DNA of 64,000 bases from Paraspadella gotoi. Its lineage: Eukaryota; Animalia; Chaetognatha. The notes below the pieces were generated by a model that was given only the letters and a program-made list of their open reading frames with translations, was not told the DNA's origin and did not search any database. Position 1 is the stretch's first letter. Every line of letters starts with the position of its first letter. Where the stretch lies: contig CM119266.1 in the NCBI GenBank assembly GCA_051294375.1, positions 11,093,212-11,157,211 of the forward strand, written 5' to 3'. The translations under genes and the position numbers were made by a program. This document shows, in pieces, positions 26,678 through 39,764 of the stretch.

Positions 26678-27580
26678 ATAATCTCTTTATTTCTTCGAAC
26701 GCGCGAATCTTTAAAAATGTTAATGAGAGAAAAAACCGCGCGGAGTTTGAAAAAATAAAAGATGCAAGAGAGAGAAAGAAAGGGTGAGGAAATTACGGCG
26801 TGGAGGTAGAGTTGCGAGGTAAGTTGAGAGTTTTTTTTAAGGGAAGCTTAGCGGCGCCGCGGAGCGAGAGAGAGGCGAGGCGTGCGCGGGCCCCCGGAGT
26901 ACGGCCGGCCGACTGCGGCGCCGGTTTAGGAAGGTGAGGCGCGCGCGCGCGAAGAAGACGGCGGGTAAGTTAGAGGACGAGTTCGAGGTTAATCATCTCG
27001 CTCCTTTCTCACTTTCTACCTGCAGAGAAAAAAAATTCATTCTGTCTCTCTCTATCTCTCTGTCTCTCATTCTCTTAGACTTTCTCTCTCGCTCCTCATT
27101 TTGCATTAAAGGGAAAAAAAGGGTCCAAAAAAAAGGGATGACCAGGAAGATAAAGGAGGACAAAGAGGACCTACAGAGTTGAACCCATCAAAGACTCTGA
27201 CCTCATAATTCAAATGGACTTTCAACANNNNNNNNNNNNNNNNNNNNNNNNNNNNNNNNNNNNNNNNNNNNNNNNNNNNNNNNNNNNNNNNNNNNNNNNN
27301 NNNNNNNNNNNNNNNNNNNNNNNNNNNNNNNNNNNNNNNNNNNNNNNNNNNNNNNNNNNNNNNNNNNNGGAAGGAAGGGTGTGGGACGGGGTGGTTATAA
27401 AGGGTGGTTAAGTAGAGAGACGGTTCAAAGTGATATGGTGGTTTGAAAGAGAAGGGTGGTTCCTTAATGCGAATATTGATGGACCAAACGAGCAATTCTC
27501 CCTTCAAACTTACGACTCTTTCCATCTTCTTTCTCGATTTTTCTCGATTTTCTACGCATTTTCTCTCCCTTTTCTCTCTC

Positions 27581-27636
<56 letters not shown>

Positions 27637-27836
27637 CTCTTCTCTCTCTCTCTTCTCTCTCTCCCTCCTTAACTCACCTTCCGATTCAACCATCGTCCGA
27701 TGCGTTTCTCCCCTTAAGAAAAAAAACCTAATATCCCCGCTACAAACCTTCGCTTAGTTCCTATCATTTTTCCCGTGATAAGCGTTGCCGAGTTACGAAT
27801 CCAAGAGCGCGTCCGTTTACTTGTTCTCTCTCTCCT

Positions 27837-27877
<41 letters not shown>

Positions 27878-27957
27878 TCTCTCCTCTTCTCTCTCTCTCT
27901 CTTCTCTCTCGCGTCATATTTAGATGTTGCTTCGTCGGCCCCAGCGGATGCGACCTT

Positions 27958-27990
27958 CATAACAGGTGCATAACAGGTGCATAACGGGCG
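27958..27990. repeat. 11-bp tandem repeat (CATAACAGGTG)x3
   Basis: CATAACAGGTG CATAACAGGTG CATAACGGGCG. Confidence 0.85.
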
Positions 27991-30879
27991 AAGGATTCAT
28001 GGCGCTCGAAAGACCCGAGGAAGAGGAAACGTCTTAAATCAGAGGAAGAGTCTTTGAAATGATGGGACCGTCGCTCGTCGTCGTTGTTGTCGCTGTTGTC
28101 GTTGTTGTCGTCGTCTTTCTTGCCGTTATCGTCTTACTTGAAGTCGAGGTGATATTCTTCCATATCGTCGTTTGTTTTATCAATATTATTATTTGCAATG
28201 GTAATTTCTAATTTAAAAACACTATGTTTTTCATCCTTTCTACATCCGTTCTACTCGCATTGTTTTTCTTGACATGGTCATCGTCGCTGTCGTCGTCGTT
28301 TTCGTCGTCGCGTTCGTCGCTGGCGTCGACGGCGAAGTCATTCTTATTTATTTCCTGCTCGGGGACATAAACAAGGTAACTCCAGNNNNNNNNNNNNNNN
28401 NNNNNNNNNNNNNNNNNNNNNNNNNNNNNNNNNNNNNNNNNNNNNNNNNNNNNNNNNNNNNNNNNNNNNNNNNNNNNNNNNNNNNNNNNNNNNNNNNNNN
28501 NNNNNNNNNNNNNNNNNNNNNNNNNNNNNNNNNNNNNNNNNNNNNNNNNNNNNNNNNNNNNNNNNNNNNNNNNNNNNNNNNNNNNNNNNNNNNNNNNNNN
28601 NNNNNNNNNNNNNNNNNNNNNNNNNNNNNNNNNNNNNNNNNNNNNNNNNNNNNNNNNNNNNNNNNNNNNNNNNNNNNNNNNNNNNNNNNNNNNNNNNNNN
28701 NNNNNNNNNNNNNNNNNNNNNNNNNNNNNNNNNNNNNNNNNNNNNNNNNNNNNNNNNNNNNNNNNNNNNNNNNNNNNNNNNNNNNNNNNNNNNNNNNNNN
28801 NNNNNNNNNNNNNNNNNNNNNNNNNNNNNNNNNNNNNNNNNNNNNNNNNNNNNNNNNNNNNNNNNNNNNNNNNNNNNNNNNNNNNNNNNNNNNNNNNNNN
28901 NNNNNNNNNNNNNNNNNNNNNNNNNNNNNNNNNNNNNNNNNNNNNNNNNNNNNNNNNNNNNNNNNNNNNNNNNNNNNNNNNNNNNNNNNNNNNNNNNNNN
29001 NNNNNNNNNNNNNNNNNAAAACAAGAAAAGATACGAGTCAGAGAGGGAGTGGCGAAAGAGAGGGAGTGGAAATGGCGACCGCGAATTCGGAAGCCGCTCG
29101 AAAATGGGCCAACAGTCGAGAAACAGTGCGATTGAGCTCACGAAAAAATTCCGGAAAAAGTTTGGAAACATTGGTGTTTAAGCGACAGTTTAAGAACTAA
29201 AAAAATACAGCGCCTACCAAGTTAATTACTTAGGTTTTTTGATATCACTTAAAAGTAAATAAACAATCGCTTAAATTTGTAAAAAAACTTATTTTTATTT
29301 ATCAGTTAATACTGAATAAGATAACAAACTAACGGATGTGCTTGCAATTCTTTCACAAAAACAATATTATGAAAAATAGCGTCTGCTTTTCTTTTCGCGA
29401 GAGTGGATAAAAGAAATGTCCGNNNNNNNNNNNNNNNNNNNNNNNNNNNNNNNNNNNNNNNNNNNNNNNNNNNNNNNNNNNNNNNNNNNNNNNNNNNNNN
29501 NNNNNNNNNNNNNNNNNNNNNNNNNNNNNNNNNNNNNNNNNNNNNNNNNNNNNNNNNNNNNNNNNNNNNNNNNNNNNNNNNNNNNNNNNNNNNNNNNNNN
29601 NNNNNNNNNNNNNNNNNNNNNNNNNNNNNNNNNNNNNNNNNNNNNNNNNNNNNNNNNNNNNNNNNNNNNNNNNNNNNNNNNNNNNNNNNNNNNNNNNNNN
29701 NNNNNNNNNNNNNNNNNNNNNNNNNNNNNNNNNNNNNNNNNNNNNNNNNNNNNNNNNNNNNNNNNNNNNNNNNNNNNNNNNNNNNNNNNNNNNNNNNNNN
29801 NNNNNNNNNNNNNNNNNNNNNNNNNNNNNNNNNNNNNNNNNNNNNNNNNNNNNNNNNNNNNNNNNNNNNNNNNNNNNNATCAAATGCGGGTTCCCATAAT
29901 TCCCATTTCCTCTTTCCCTCTTCATTTTTCAGTTAATCTTTTTCCACTTTCATTCTTCAAGCAAATTTCATTCCCTTTTTTTATCTTTCTTTTTCTCCCC
30001 CTCCCAATCCTCTGAAGAGTCCATGCAAGGTTTTTTCTTATCTACTCTCTCTCATTCTCCTCTCTCCCCTTCCTTCGTCTCTGTCTCTCTCGTTTAAATT
30101 AAAAAAAAAATTTCTTCTTGCGAGGTTGCCTTTTCAATTATCACGTTTTCTCCGCGCGCACAACGGACGAAGCCCGAAAAAAAAAAATCAAAGTTGAGCC
30201 TAAAAAAGAAAGAAGACCGAAAAAGATGCGCGGGAAGGAGACGAGAAAAAAGAAGACATATAAATATAAGGGAAAGAAGGAGAAAACGTAGAAAAAAGGC
30301 AGAAGATTAGAAGGAGAAAAAAAAAATCCATGAAATACAATTTAGAAAATTAATAAGACCAAAAAAATATTGGAAGGATAATTAAAAATTAATTAATAAA
30401 AAAAATTGATTAGCTAAAAAGAAATACGAAAGAGAAGTTTAAAAAAACGACGAAAAAAAAAGCAAAAAAGCCCCGACCTCCCCCCTAAAAAAAACAAAAA
30501 CAAAGTGTCTTAAGAACTACTACTAGAAGACGCGCAAGAATTAAAATAAGAAAATAAATGACGAGAAAAAGCGTCAGGGGCTTTACGCGACAAAATGGCG
30601 TCGGCCACGATTACGTGAGCGAAGAGAAAAAAAAACTTCTATGGTTTTCTGTTTCCAACAATTTTCTTTCTTATTTTTTACTCGATGAGAGAGAGAGAGA
30701 GAAAACGCAAAAATGCTCGGCTTATCTCGTTTTTTTGGAGCGACAAAATTGACCGAGAATCCCACAAAATACTATCATATTATAAATTATAAAACGAAAG
30801 ATATGGAATAAGGAACGGCTATTCCAAGGTGTTGCGCCGCATTACTTTTTTTTTATTTATCTTTTCTTTAAAAACAAAA

Positions 30880-31026
30880 GGTGGCTCCAGAAGTCGCTTA
30901 GATTTGATTTTTAACAAATGAAAAACAAACTATAGGCAAGTTATAAGCGTTTTTAACGTAAGTGGGACAGACCGACGGACAGACATACCGACCGACAGAC
31001 CGACCGACCGAAAAGTGACTTATAGA
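30880..31026 (+). mobile_element. Possible truncated Helentron-associated (HINE/DINE-1-like) non-autonomous element fragment
   Basis: A mixed GACA/GACC/GGAC tetranucleotide tract (30965-31011) followed by AAAAGTGACTTATAG resembles the microsatellite block of DINE-1/HINE-type elements. The terminal hairpin is absent, and the family assignment is by recall only. Confidence 0.4.
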
Positions 31027-31584
31027 AAAAAAAACTCTTTAAAACAGGCGTAATGTACAAGAAACAGTACTAACCGGATATGTTTTGGCCACACAAATCA
31101 ACAAAGTTCGCCTTTACATATCATAAATTGGAATATATTCCTTTTACCTCATCATGTTTAAAACATTATACTTAATTTCGACGAAGTTTCTCATTTCGTT
31201 TTAATCTTTCAGAAACCCTTTAAAACCATTTTTTTGCTTCCAGCGTCATCACGTGACAACTTAAAGGTTTATACCACAACTTTCCACGATCTTTTGAAGG
31301 CTTCCCTTCTCCATTGTTCCTTAATTCACTGGAAATCCTTATATTTCTGACGCCCCGTCTGAGCCTTTCTCACCAGACTACCTCCTATGCCTCACCCTTG
31401 GCACGGAACTCCTACTAGTGAGATTCTCTCAAACCTTATCGATCCTCTTCCTCTCTTTCTTTCCTTTCCTCCCTTTTTCTCCCCACCTCCTCCCTCGTGC
31501 TCCATTCCAAGGTTCCTTATTTTCATATCGTCGTCTTCGAGGGAAAATTCTTCCTGCGCGAAGCCGCAGCAAGAATGGATTGTC

Positions 31585-31588
31585 GGCA

Positions 31589-31644
<56 letters not shown>
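31585..31644. repeat. (GGC)n trinucleotide microsatellite
   Basis: About 19 GGC units. Confidence 0.95.
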
Positions 31645-31916
31645 TAAAGGGGGCGGAGTAGCGGCAGTTTTCAGCGGCGGAATCATCAAAGACGGAAGGT
31701 GGCAACACAAAAGAGCCGCCCAGTTGTCGTCGTCGTCGTCGTCGACCACAACAACATCGAAAAGANNNNNNNNNNNNNNNNNNNNNNNNNAGAAGGGCGC
31801 AGCAATAAAATCGAAAGAAAGGAAACGTTGGGAGGGAAAAAGAAATTCATTGATAGCAAAAACGGAACGAAATGAACGTCTACGCTGGCGACGACGACGA
31901 CGACGAAACTTAAGCA

Positions 31917-32400
31917 ACCTCCTTCTCCTTATTCTCTCACAATAAAAAGTAAAAAAAAAAAAGAAAGATGAGATTTCGACGCCAAAGGGAAATATTTTTT
32001 CATCTACGGTCGGATTGACTTCTTCTACTTTTCTATTCTCAATTCTATAATTTTGATTACGCATTTTATTTTTTTTTGTTTTGTTTTATTGCTCGTTTGT
32101 TTTCGACATACGTAAGCCTCGTTTCCCGACGAGCACAATAAAATGGCGTCGGCAAGGTAAGTTTGGCTATTTATAGATCGTTCGTCCGACACCTCCTTCT
32201 CCTTATTCTCCAATAAAAAGAAAAAAAAAAAGAAAGATGAGATTTCGACGCAAAAAGAGAAATATTTTTTCATCTACGGTCGATGACTTCTTCTCTTTTT
32301 CTTATTCTCATTCAATATTTGATTCATTTGGTTTCTTGTTTGTTTTTTTATGCTCGTTTGGTTCGACGATAATGTAGACTTCGTTTCCGACGAGACAATT
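31917..32400. repeat. Noisy tandem duplication (31917-32140 vs 32191-32400)
   Basis: ACCTCCTTCTCCTTATTCTC...GAAAGATGAGATTTCGACGC...CATCTACGGTCG is present twice with indels, just after a 25-N gap. Confidence 0.85.
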
Positions 32401-33294
32401 ACATCAGATAAACGGGGTATTATTTTTTCGCATAATCGTGGTAAAATCAAAGATTCGGAATCTTCTTACGTTTTTTAAAATTTCAGATTTGTTTAAAAAT
32501 TTCTTTGTTCCGTTAATGATTTTTGCTGGGTGCTTTTTGGTTGCTCGGAATTCTTTTTTCTCTAATGTTGTTTGTCGAGTAGGGGATGAATTTTAGAGGT
32601 GTATATTACGTAGTTGCATAGAAAAGGGTGTGTTAGGTTCAATGAATTCTATACGAAGGAATAATTCGGGAGATTTTGGTTTATTTATTAAACATTGCAT
32701 TCGAAATATCACAATCATTTCAAATCAGAAATGAAAAGGATTGTGAGAAATCAGAGGGGGGAGGGAAACGTGAGAGGAGGGTAGAAGGGTGGGGGGAAAG
32801 AGGGAAGGGAGAGACTCTCTTAAATTCTTTCGAAGTGTTCGAAAGGGCAAGACATGGGCTTTGAGAGGTGAGAGTTGGCGGGCGTGAAAGAGAACCATTC
32901 AGCGGCAGGGAATGTGGGAGTCGCGGGAGGGGGGGGGTTATCAATGGTAGAATCTAAAATTTTATAGGGGATAGAAAGAAAGACAATTATCAAAAAGGTA
33001 AAGAGTAAAAACAATTCTAAATATGTTTCTGGGCAAAGGATTTTCAGAAGATAGACTGTTTCATTTTGTCAAGCCATACCGGAGAGAGAGCAGGGGTATG
33101 CGCGATTGATTTCGGGATAAAACGAGTGAATAAGTCTTTTCATCCGCTTGGAATCCGTATGCGAGCGACGAAAAAATGTTCAGGGAAATCAATAGAAGAA
33201 ATGAAGGAAGAAGTGTAGTCACTTTAATTCGCTGGAATTCCAACCCGGAGTAACTGTTAAACTATTTCCTTTCGTTTTTTTACCCCCATTTTAG

Positions 33295-34368
33295 CGGGGC
33301 GGCCAGTAGTTGGTATGTTATAGATCTGTTCGTCCGACATGTCGATGTCGAGGTCAACGAATGAAAGACATTCGCAATGTTAACAGGGTATAACGCAGAT
33401 ACTCAGATTCCCAATTAGCTCGATTCTGCACATTGTTTGCGGATCAAGATAAATACGTACAACTGCCTCTTTTTTTCTCAGTAGGATCTCCTATGCGCAT
33501 TTCAGTGTCTCGCAGCGGGGGCGCACGAGTCGGTCCAGGTCGGGGCGGGATTGCTACAGGGCGTGGGTTGTGCTCCACGGCGCGCGAGAGCGGAGCGATG
33601 TTCTACGGTCGCGAGGCCGCGCGGTGCGGGGGGCGGGCGAACGAGAAGGGACGTCTTGCGGCTCGCGGGGCGTGGCGGGGGGCGGGGGGGCGTAGCTCTG
33701 CTGGACGTCACACTCAGCCAGTGCCGTTCTCCTTTTCCCATTAAAGAGAAGCACTCGCCGCCCCCACAGGTCAGGCCTAAGCCTCCTTAACATAGCTCGC
33801 TACGCTACGCTACGCTTCCATCGCCAATGAAACACACACCCACCGGGAGCTACCGTCCTCCCGCCGCTCCGCCGCCGCCGACGCCGCGTGCCCGCGTCTT
33901 TCTCCCGGTTCTGGATACGCGTAACGACTTATAATTCTTTTTTTTTTAAGCTCTCTCTCCTCTCTCCTCACTCTCTCTCTCTACGATCCTTCTCTCTTCT
34001 CTCTCTTCTCTCCTTCTCTGACTCTCTCACTCTCTCTCTCATTTCGGTCTCGGGTTCGCCCCTCGTCCGGCTCGGTTCGTCTCGTTTCTTAAGTTCAATT
34101 ATTCAATGCAATCTTTTCTCATCAATTTCACCTCCGTTCATCCTCCCCTTCTTCTCGTCTCTCTTCTCTCTCTCTCTCTTAACTTCTCGTCCTCTCTATT
34201 TCTCTCTCTCTCTCTCTTCCTCGCTCTCTCTCTCTCTCTCTCTCTCCTTTCGTACCGTTTCTCTTGGCTTAGGAAGGGGATAGAAATAGGAAAATACAAG
34301 GTACGCCGTGGATCTATCTATTTTTCTTTATTTCTTTCTTGTTGTTTATCTGTCTTTCTGTCTTTTTT

Positions 34369-34400
<32 letters not shown>

Positions 34401-34602
34401 TCCTTTTTTTCTTTCGTTTATTCTTTATTTCTATCTTTTCTTCTTTTTTTTTTCTATCTTTCTTCTTTGTTCACACACACAAAAAAAGCTTTTACTCCGC
34501 TTTAAAAAAAAGTCAAGGTTTTTATTTCTTCGTTTCGGTTAAAAACAGTTTCCAGATGCTGTGAGTAGATTGTTACAATCGAGACCCAGCCAGACCTTAA
34601 AT

Positions 34603-34666
<64 letters not shown>

Positions 34667-35988
34667 CTTTTTTCTCGAGTTTTAAACGGGCTCCTTTTAA
34701 AAAACAGGCCGAAAAAGAAGGAAGAAATTCCTCACTAGCAAATGTGATTACGGAGTTGATTTTTATTTATTTTTTTCACGCCCCATGGCGTTTTTTTTAT
34801 TTAAATACGTTTACCGATTTAATTCATTCCCGTCGGAGCCATCACGAGCGGTACGGACAAGAAAATAATAAAAAGAAAGAAAATTAAAAAAAGATAAAGT
34901 TCTATTGATAATAAATCTGGACTCGAGTAATTTTCTTAAAAAAAAAAACCCCTCCGTTAACGAGATGCCTCCACGCTCCTCGTTTTTCCTTTTCTTTTTT
35001 CGATCCGCAAAAAGAAACCTTAGATTTTCTTATCTCCAATGAAATTTCATCTTTTCTTTTGGGCGGACGAATCTCGCAGGGAGATCGGCTTCGCTCGATC
35101 CCAACGTTCTTTTGTTTTGAAAAAAAAAAAAGGAAAGTTCTCCAGGGAAATGAAGTCGTCTCGAACGGGGTTTATATTTATATTTCGATCGGCGATTAAC
35201 CTCTTTTTCGCATGAAATTTGAACAAAAAAAAAAGCGGCCAGAAAGGGGGAAGGGTTAGATCTTATTCTGCTTTGCGGAAATGACGAAAGAACTGCATAC
35301 TTACGAAAAAAAATTTACAAAAGGACAATAGAAACAATAAGAGAAGGCAAAAAGAGATGAAAACGTTTTTAAAAGTTTATTTTTCTCTCGGACTTGCTGT
35401 TTTAACGCGACTCATTAGTGTTTGGATTCGTCNNNNNNNNNNTTTTCGACATACGTAGAGCCTCGTTTCCGACGAGACAATAAATGGCGTCGGCCAAGGT
35501 AGTTTGGCTATTTATAGATCGTTCGTCCGACATTCGATCGATCAACGACATCGAACGAGAGAGGAAAACAGAAGATCGAAAAAAAAGAACATCGCAATTT
35601 ACATATAACGCCACTCAGATTCTCAATCAGCGCGATTCTCCGCACATTTTGCATCAAGATTAAATATGTACTACTGCCTCTTTTTTTCTCGTGTAGTTAG
35701 GATCTCATTCGCACTCAGTTTCTCTTTCGGCGCACGAGGTTTCTCCATCGGCGATACACGTGGTTATTCCACCGAAGCGGACGATTCTACGTCGACCGCG
35801 CATGCGCGAACGAGAAACGGTCTTCGCTCCGGGGCGTCGTACCTCGTACGTTCATCACTCAGCCAGTGCGGTTCTCCTTTTCCATTGAAAGAACCACTCC
35901 CGCCCCCACAGTCACCTACCTTCCTACATAGCTCGCTACGCTACGCTACGCTTTCATCGCCAATGGAAACGACACACCCACCACTACC
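33295..35988. repeat. Dispersed noisy duplication (33295-33855 vs 35485-35988; also 32100-32191 vs 35443-35531)
   Basis: Shared anchors: ATAGATC(T)GTTCGTCCGACA, CACTCAGCCAGTGC, ACATAGCTCGCTACGCTACGCTACGCTT. The first copy has many inserted G bases. Confidence 0.85.
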
Positions 35989-37439
35989 NNNNNNNNNNNN
36001 NNNNNNNNNNNNNNNNNNNNNNNNNNNNNNNNNNNNNNNNNNNNNNNNNNNNNNNNNNNNNNNNNNNNNNNNNNNNNNNNNNNNNNNNNNNNNNNNNNNN
36101 NNNNNNNNNNNNNNNNNNNNNNNNNNNNNNNNNNNNNNNNNNNNNNNNNNNNNNNNNNNNNNNNNNNNNNNNNNNNNNNNNNNNNNNNNNNNNNNNNNNN
36201 NNNNNNNNNNNNNNNNNNNNNNNNNNNNNNNNNNNNNNNNNNNNNNNNNNNNNNNNNNNNNNNNNNNNNNNNNNNNNNNNNNNNNNNNNNNNNNNNNNNN
36301 NNNNNNNNNNNNNNNNNNNNNNNNNNNNNNNNNNNNNNNNNNNNNNNNNNNNNNNNNNNNNNNNNNNNNNNNNNNNNNNNNNNNNNNNNNNNNNNNNNNN
36401 NNNNNNNNNNNNNNNNNNNNNNNNNNNNNNNNNNNNNNNNNNNNNNNNNNNNNNNNNNNNNNNNNNNNNNNNNNNNNNNNNNNNNNNNNNNNNNNNNNNN
36501 NNNNNNNNNNNNNNNNNNNNNNNNNNNNNNNNNNNNNNNNNNNNNNNNNNNNNNNNNNNNNNNNNNNNNNNNNNNNNNNNNNNNNNNNNNNNNNNNNNNN
36601 NNNNNNNNNNNNNNNNNNNNNNNNNNNNNNNNNNNNNNNNNNNNNNNNNNNNNNNNNNNNNNNNNNNNNNNNNNNNNNNNNNNNNNNNNNNNNNNNNNNN
36701 NNNNNNNNNNNNNNNNNNNNNNNNNNNNNNNNNNNNNNNNNNNNNNNNNNNNNNNNNNNNNNNNNNNNNNNNNNNNNNNNNNNNNNNNNNNNNNNNNNNN
36801 NNNNNNNNNNNNNNNNNNNNNNNNNNNNNNNNNNNNNNNNNNNNNNNNNNNNNNNNNNNNNNNNNNNNNNNNNNNNNNNNNNNNNNNNNNNNNNTTAGTC
36901 GACAATTTTTCTTACTGCGACACTCTCTCCTTTGCTTCCTTCTCTTTTAGTTTTTCTAGCGTTCGGACTTGCCTGTTGTTTTAAGACGCGACTGCAATTA
37001 GTGTTTAGGATTTGTCGGATTTTCCCTTCTCTTGTTTATCCGCCAAACATTGGTATTCGTTCTTTCAGCTGCGCTTGTAGTTTCGTGTTCGGCCTTTTTT
37101 TTACTCCGCCCCGTTTCGCCATTTCCCACCTCCCAACGTTCCCAGCCAAAGAAACAACGCCTTTGACATTTTGTTAAGCGAAAAAATTGCGTTAATCGAA
37201 TTGCAGGTCTCTTCTCTCTCTCTCTCTCTCTTTACGACTAAATCAACGCGATCCGGCAGTGAATTTACGACCTTGTTGACTACGACTACGGAACTGTGAT
37301 TAGTGTAACGTCGTTACAAATTTGTTGTTCGCTCTCTCGGCCTCCTTTTCCTCTTTGAGAACTTTCCTTTTCTCTTTTCCTTTTCTCTTTTCCTCCTTTT
37401 TTTTTTCACATGCATACAACTCTCTCTCTCTCTCTCTCC

Positions 37440-37472
<33 letters not shown>

Positions 37473-37531
37473 GAAAAAGGTCCCCGAGTTTCTTTTCACA
37501 AAAAATCCGGTTGACAATTTTCTCCTTCTTC

Positions 37532-37874
37532 CACCTCAGTGAACGAATTCCTGCAGCTACAACTGCTTCTCAGTTCTCAGTTCTCACTTCTAAGTTCTCA
37601 GTTCTCACCTCAGTGATTGAATTCCTGCAGCTACAACTTCTTTTCAGTTCTCAGTTCTCACTTCTCAGTTTTCACTTCTCACCTCAGTGATCAAATTTCT
37701 GCAGCCACAACTGCTCCTCAGTTCTCACTTTTTACTTCTCACTTCTTAGTTCTCAGTTCTCACCTCAGTGATCGAATTCCTGCAGCTACAACTGCTTCTC
37801 AGTTCTCACTTCTCAGTTCTCAGTTCTCAGTTCTCACCTCAGTGATCGAATTCCTGCTTCTCGGTTCTCACTTC
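37532..37874. repeat. 74-bp higher-order minisatellite built on TTCTCA(G/C) heptamers
   Basis: CACCTCAGTGA starts at 37532, 37606, 37680, 37761 and 37835 (periods 74, 74, 81, 74). Confidence 0.95.
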
Positions 37875-39764
37875 ATCTTGGCTAACAAATCCTTCCTCGT
37901 CTCTCTTTTTTTTTCTGGATTGCTCACAATATTTTTACATATTTTAAAAATTTGCAGCTTGTGAATTTATTTTTAGAATTTCGACATTTCTTCACTTTTA
38001 CATTCACAACATGAGCAAGAATAGGTCGGTGACATCTCAGTGAAAACTCGGCTTTAGTTTCCGGTCTCTTTATATATATATATATCGACGAGCTATTTTT
38101 CTAGTTCATTTTGTCTCTCTTATTTCAAACAGTTACTACTTTCTTTAATTTCTTTACATTGCTTGCTGCGCAATTTTCTTGTCCCTTGTCCCTTGTCCTC
38201 CGTGTCTCACTAATCTGTTCGAATAATCCGTCTCCTTTGCCCTATTCGACAAATCCTAAATCTGGCCGAAATTTTAAAATTCCGCCTCTGCCCGAGCGAC
38301 GTTCCTTTTCCGTGTTGAATTTTTTTCGTCGTCGTCTTGGTCGTCGTCGTTGTCGTTGTCGTCGTCTTTAGAGCTCAAATTCCGCCCCTCGTCTTCGTCT
38401 TTAGGCCCATACGTTCTTATGGTGCATGTGGTTAACTCGTTAATGTAGGTGGCTACGGGGAAATAGAGAGAGAGANNNNNNNNNNNNNNNNNNNNNNNNN
38501 GAGAGAGGAGAGAGGAGAGAGAAGAGAGGAAGAGAGAGAGAGGAGAAGGAAAGAGGAGAAGAGAGAAGAATGTACCCTCCAGTGGGTTTCAAAAGGGGAA
38601 ATAAGGTGTAAAAAATGTTGATGGGATGTTATGGCAACTTTCTCTAAAAGCAACTTAAATTAAACAAAAAAATCACAGTTTAATTAACATTCCAAAACCA
38701 GTGCTGGAGAGCATCGCCACATCTCTTCCAAAAAAGAAAGAAATTTAAAACCAGTCAAAATTGATTTTAATCAACCTTTTAATCAAGTGTGAAATTATAC
38801 CGGGTCTAAATATGACTCCCAAAGATAAAGTCCCAGAAGATGTGTCGCTTAGGAAAGACCTTCTAGTGGACACCGATCGGGTTACGGGACACTTCGGTTA
38901 TGGAAGCGGTAAAGAGATTCCCGTCGGGCGAAGGAAAAACGAATATAAAGACAGATTTGAAGAATTATTGTTTGGAAAGGAAAGCGAGGAAAGAAGGAGG
39001 AAGGGAAGAGGAAGATGAGATTGGATTGCGAGTGGAAGACGGGGAAGAGATTGCCGAGAACTACGACCCAATCGCATGTAATCTTAGCGAGCGGAGGGTA
39101 TGAGAGGAGAGCGAGAGAAGTGGGAGAGAGAGGAGAGACAAACAAAGGGGGTTGGGGGAAAGGCTCGTGATACCGATTAACCTTGATCACTCATGGTTTC
39201 ACTTCCCAAACGGGTGCGGGAAGCAGATTTCCCAACAGCTCCGGGATTTAAAACGATAGGCTCGGCGGGGCGGGAAAGCTTGGTTCTTGTGGGCAGTAAA
39301 GTCAAGTGGTTGGACGCTAAGGCCTCCCATCTTCCCCAGGATGGTGTTGGGTTGTGGTGCTCAAAGGGTTATGGGTGAACGAATACATGGGAACCGGGTT
39401 CAGAGGAGAATAAGATGGATACAAGCATTCCGCGCCGAGTCCAACGACGATTACCGGCGTTAAGAGCATTATCTCGTTTCTGTACTTGCCACTCTTAAGC
39501 ATAGTCCATGACCCGCCTTCCTTATCAACTCGGGAAGTTAAATGGGATTATTTAAAGGGTTACCCTCGAACAACCGCGGGTGTCTTTCATCTAGTTTTGG
39601 ACGTAGCGGAGAGTAAGGACTGAGTGGGACGTCGAGAGATGAGATTGAGACTCCGATCCGGAGAGAGAAGAGTAGAGATCGAGAAGAGGAGATTTGAGAG
39701 AGAGAAGATTGTGAGTTGGACGAGAGGATTGGAAGAGACGAGAGACGGGAAGAGCTTTAACAAA

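Noticed and set aside
33433-33793. GC-rich ORFs suggesting a coding exon or foreign DNA
   Set aside because: The region is a G-inflated noisy copy of 35640-35930.
37532-37874. CRISPR-like repeat-spacer appearance
   Set aside because: The apparent spacers are homologous heptamer arrays, not unique sequences; the context is eukaryotic and there are no cas genes.
38761-39620. Complex, ORF-bearing stretch as a possible retroelement or viral fragment
   Set aside because: Only short broken ORFs with no RT, integrase or capsid motif; it lies between a 25-N gap and a demonstrably noisy read copy.
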